From positions 17,362,854-17,425,898 of the forward strand of contig NC_068984.1 in assembly GCF_001194135.2 (NCBI RefSeq): a stretch of DNA of 63,045 nt, written 5' to 3'. Below are positions 62,305 through 63,045 of the stretch, piece by piece. The notes under the pieces were generated by a model, which ran no database searches, was not told where the DNA came from, and worked only from the letters and a program-made list of their open reading frames with translations. A program made the translations under genes and the position numbers. The DNA is from Octopus bimaculoides. Lineage: Eukaryota. Numbering within the stretch: position 1 is the first letter of the stretch; each line of letters opens with the position of its first letter.

Positions 62305-62550
62305 CACCCTTTTAAAGCCTAGCCAGGCTCATGGGCCTGGTTTCCTGGTTTCAATGGCGTATGTGTTCTCCAGCTGGTCAGGATGCCAGTCCATCGCAGC
62401 GTTACTCATTTTTGCCAGCTGAGTGGACTGGAGCAATGTGAAATGAAGTGTTTTGCTCAAGAACACAACGCGTCACCTGGTCCAGGAATCGAAACCACAA
62501 TCTTATGATCATGGTGCTGACACCATAACCACTAAGCCACGTGCCTCCAC
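62305..62550 (-). mobile_element. tRNA-headed SINE, family B variant
   Basis: Highly similar to 4575-4810. Confidence 0.85.
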
Positions 62551-62893
62551 ATTTATCCAATATACCCTTCCTTTTATAAGATTGGAGGTGGATTTGGTCA
62601 CTATATCCAGCAACTTGTATATATATATATGTATGAAAGGTTTTGGTATCCAGAAGAACAAATTGGCAGGTAAGGTTATGTAAGTGCTACGGAAGGATCA
62701 ACATCCAACATATATTTTTACTTTTATTCTCTTATTTTCCTTTAATCTTCCTATATCTTTCCCTCAACAAAATAATTTCTTATATTGAACTTTACCATTT
62801 CTTTGTATTTAACTCTCTCATATCATCTCTGATGAAGGGATTGACATTGGGTGTGGCAGCATACCCAATGACAACAGCCACCATATGCCACTA

Positions 62894-62924
<31 letters not shown>

Positions 62925-62927
<3 letters not shown>

Positions 62928-63045
62928 CTTCCGTTATTTAGGTGACCAAATTAGTAGTGGGGGAGGGTGCACTGAAAGTGTCGCTGCTAGAATAAGAAAA
63001 GCTGGGGAAAGTTCAGAGACCTCTTACCTCTGCTGGTGACAAATA
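62925..63045 (+). pseudogene. RTE LINE fragment running off the window edge
   Basis: SFRYLGDQISSGGGCTESVAARIR..GKFRDLLPLLVT, homologous to 58405-58530. Confidence 0.85.

Overview
AT-rich, repeat-saturated eukaryotic DNA with roughly 4.7 kb of N gaps. The repeat families match those I recognise from octopod (Octopus-like) genomes; this is recognition, not a database hit. There is no prokaryotic feature, CRISPR array, rRNA gene or intact tRNA gene. Most of the window is transposon debris: tRNA-headed SINE families, RTE-clade LINE fragments and many copies of one RTE 3'UTR, (AAT)n-embedded R4/Dong-like 3' ends, decayed mariner (DD34D), maT-like (DD37D and one DD38D) and hAT transposases, several MITEs and a foldback element, plus long microsatellites. 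Nearly all long ORFs in the supplied track are microsatellite or N-gap artefacts. A few short plus-strand segments with splice signals and open frames (best: 55710-55844 and 34548-34604) suggest the window is mainly intronic in a large, unidentified host gene. The most interesting signals are hammerhead-ribozyme-like motifs: one inside a tRNA-headed SINE (24400-24685, minus strand) and two in an inverted pair of Penelope-like termini (37240-37575). All coordinates were counted by eye; repeat boundaries are approximate.
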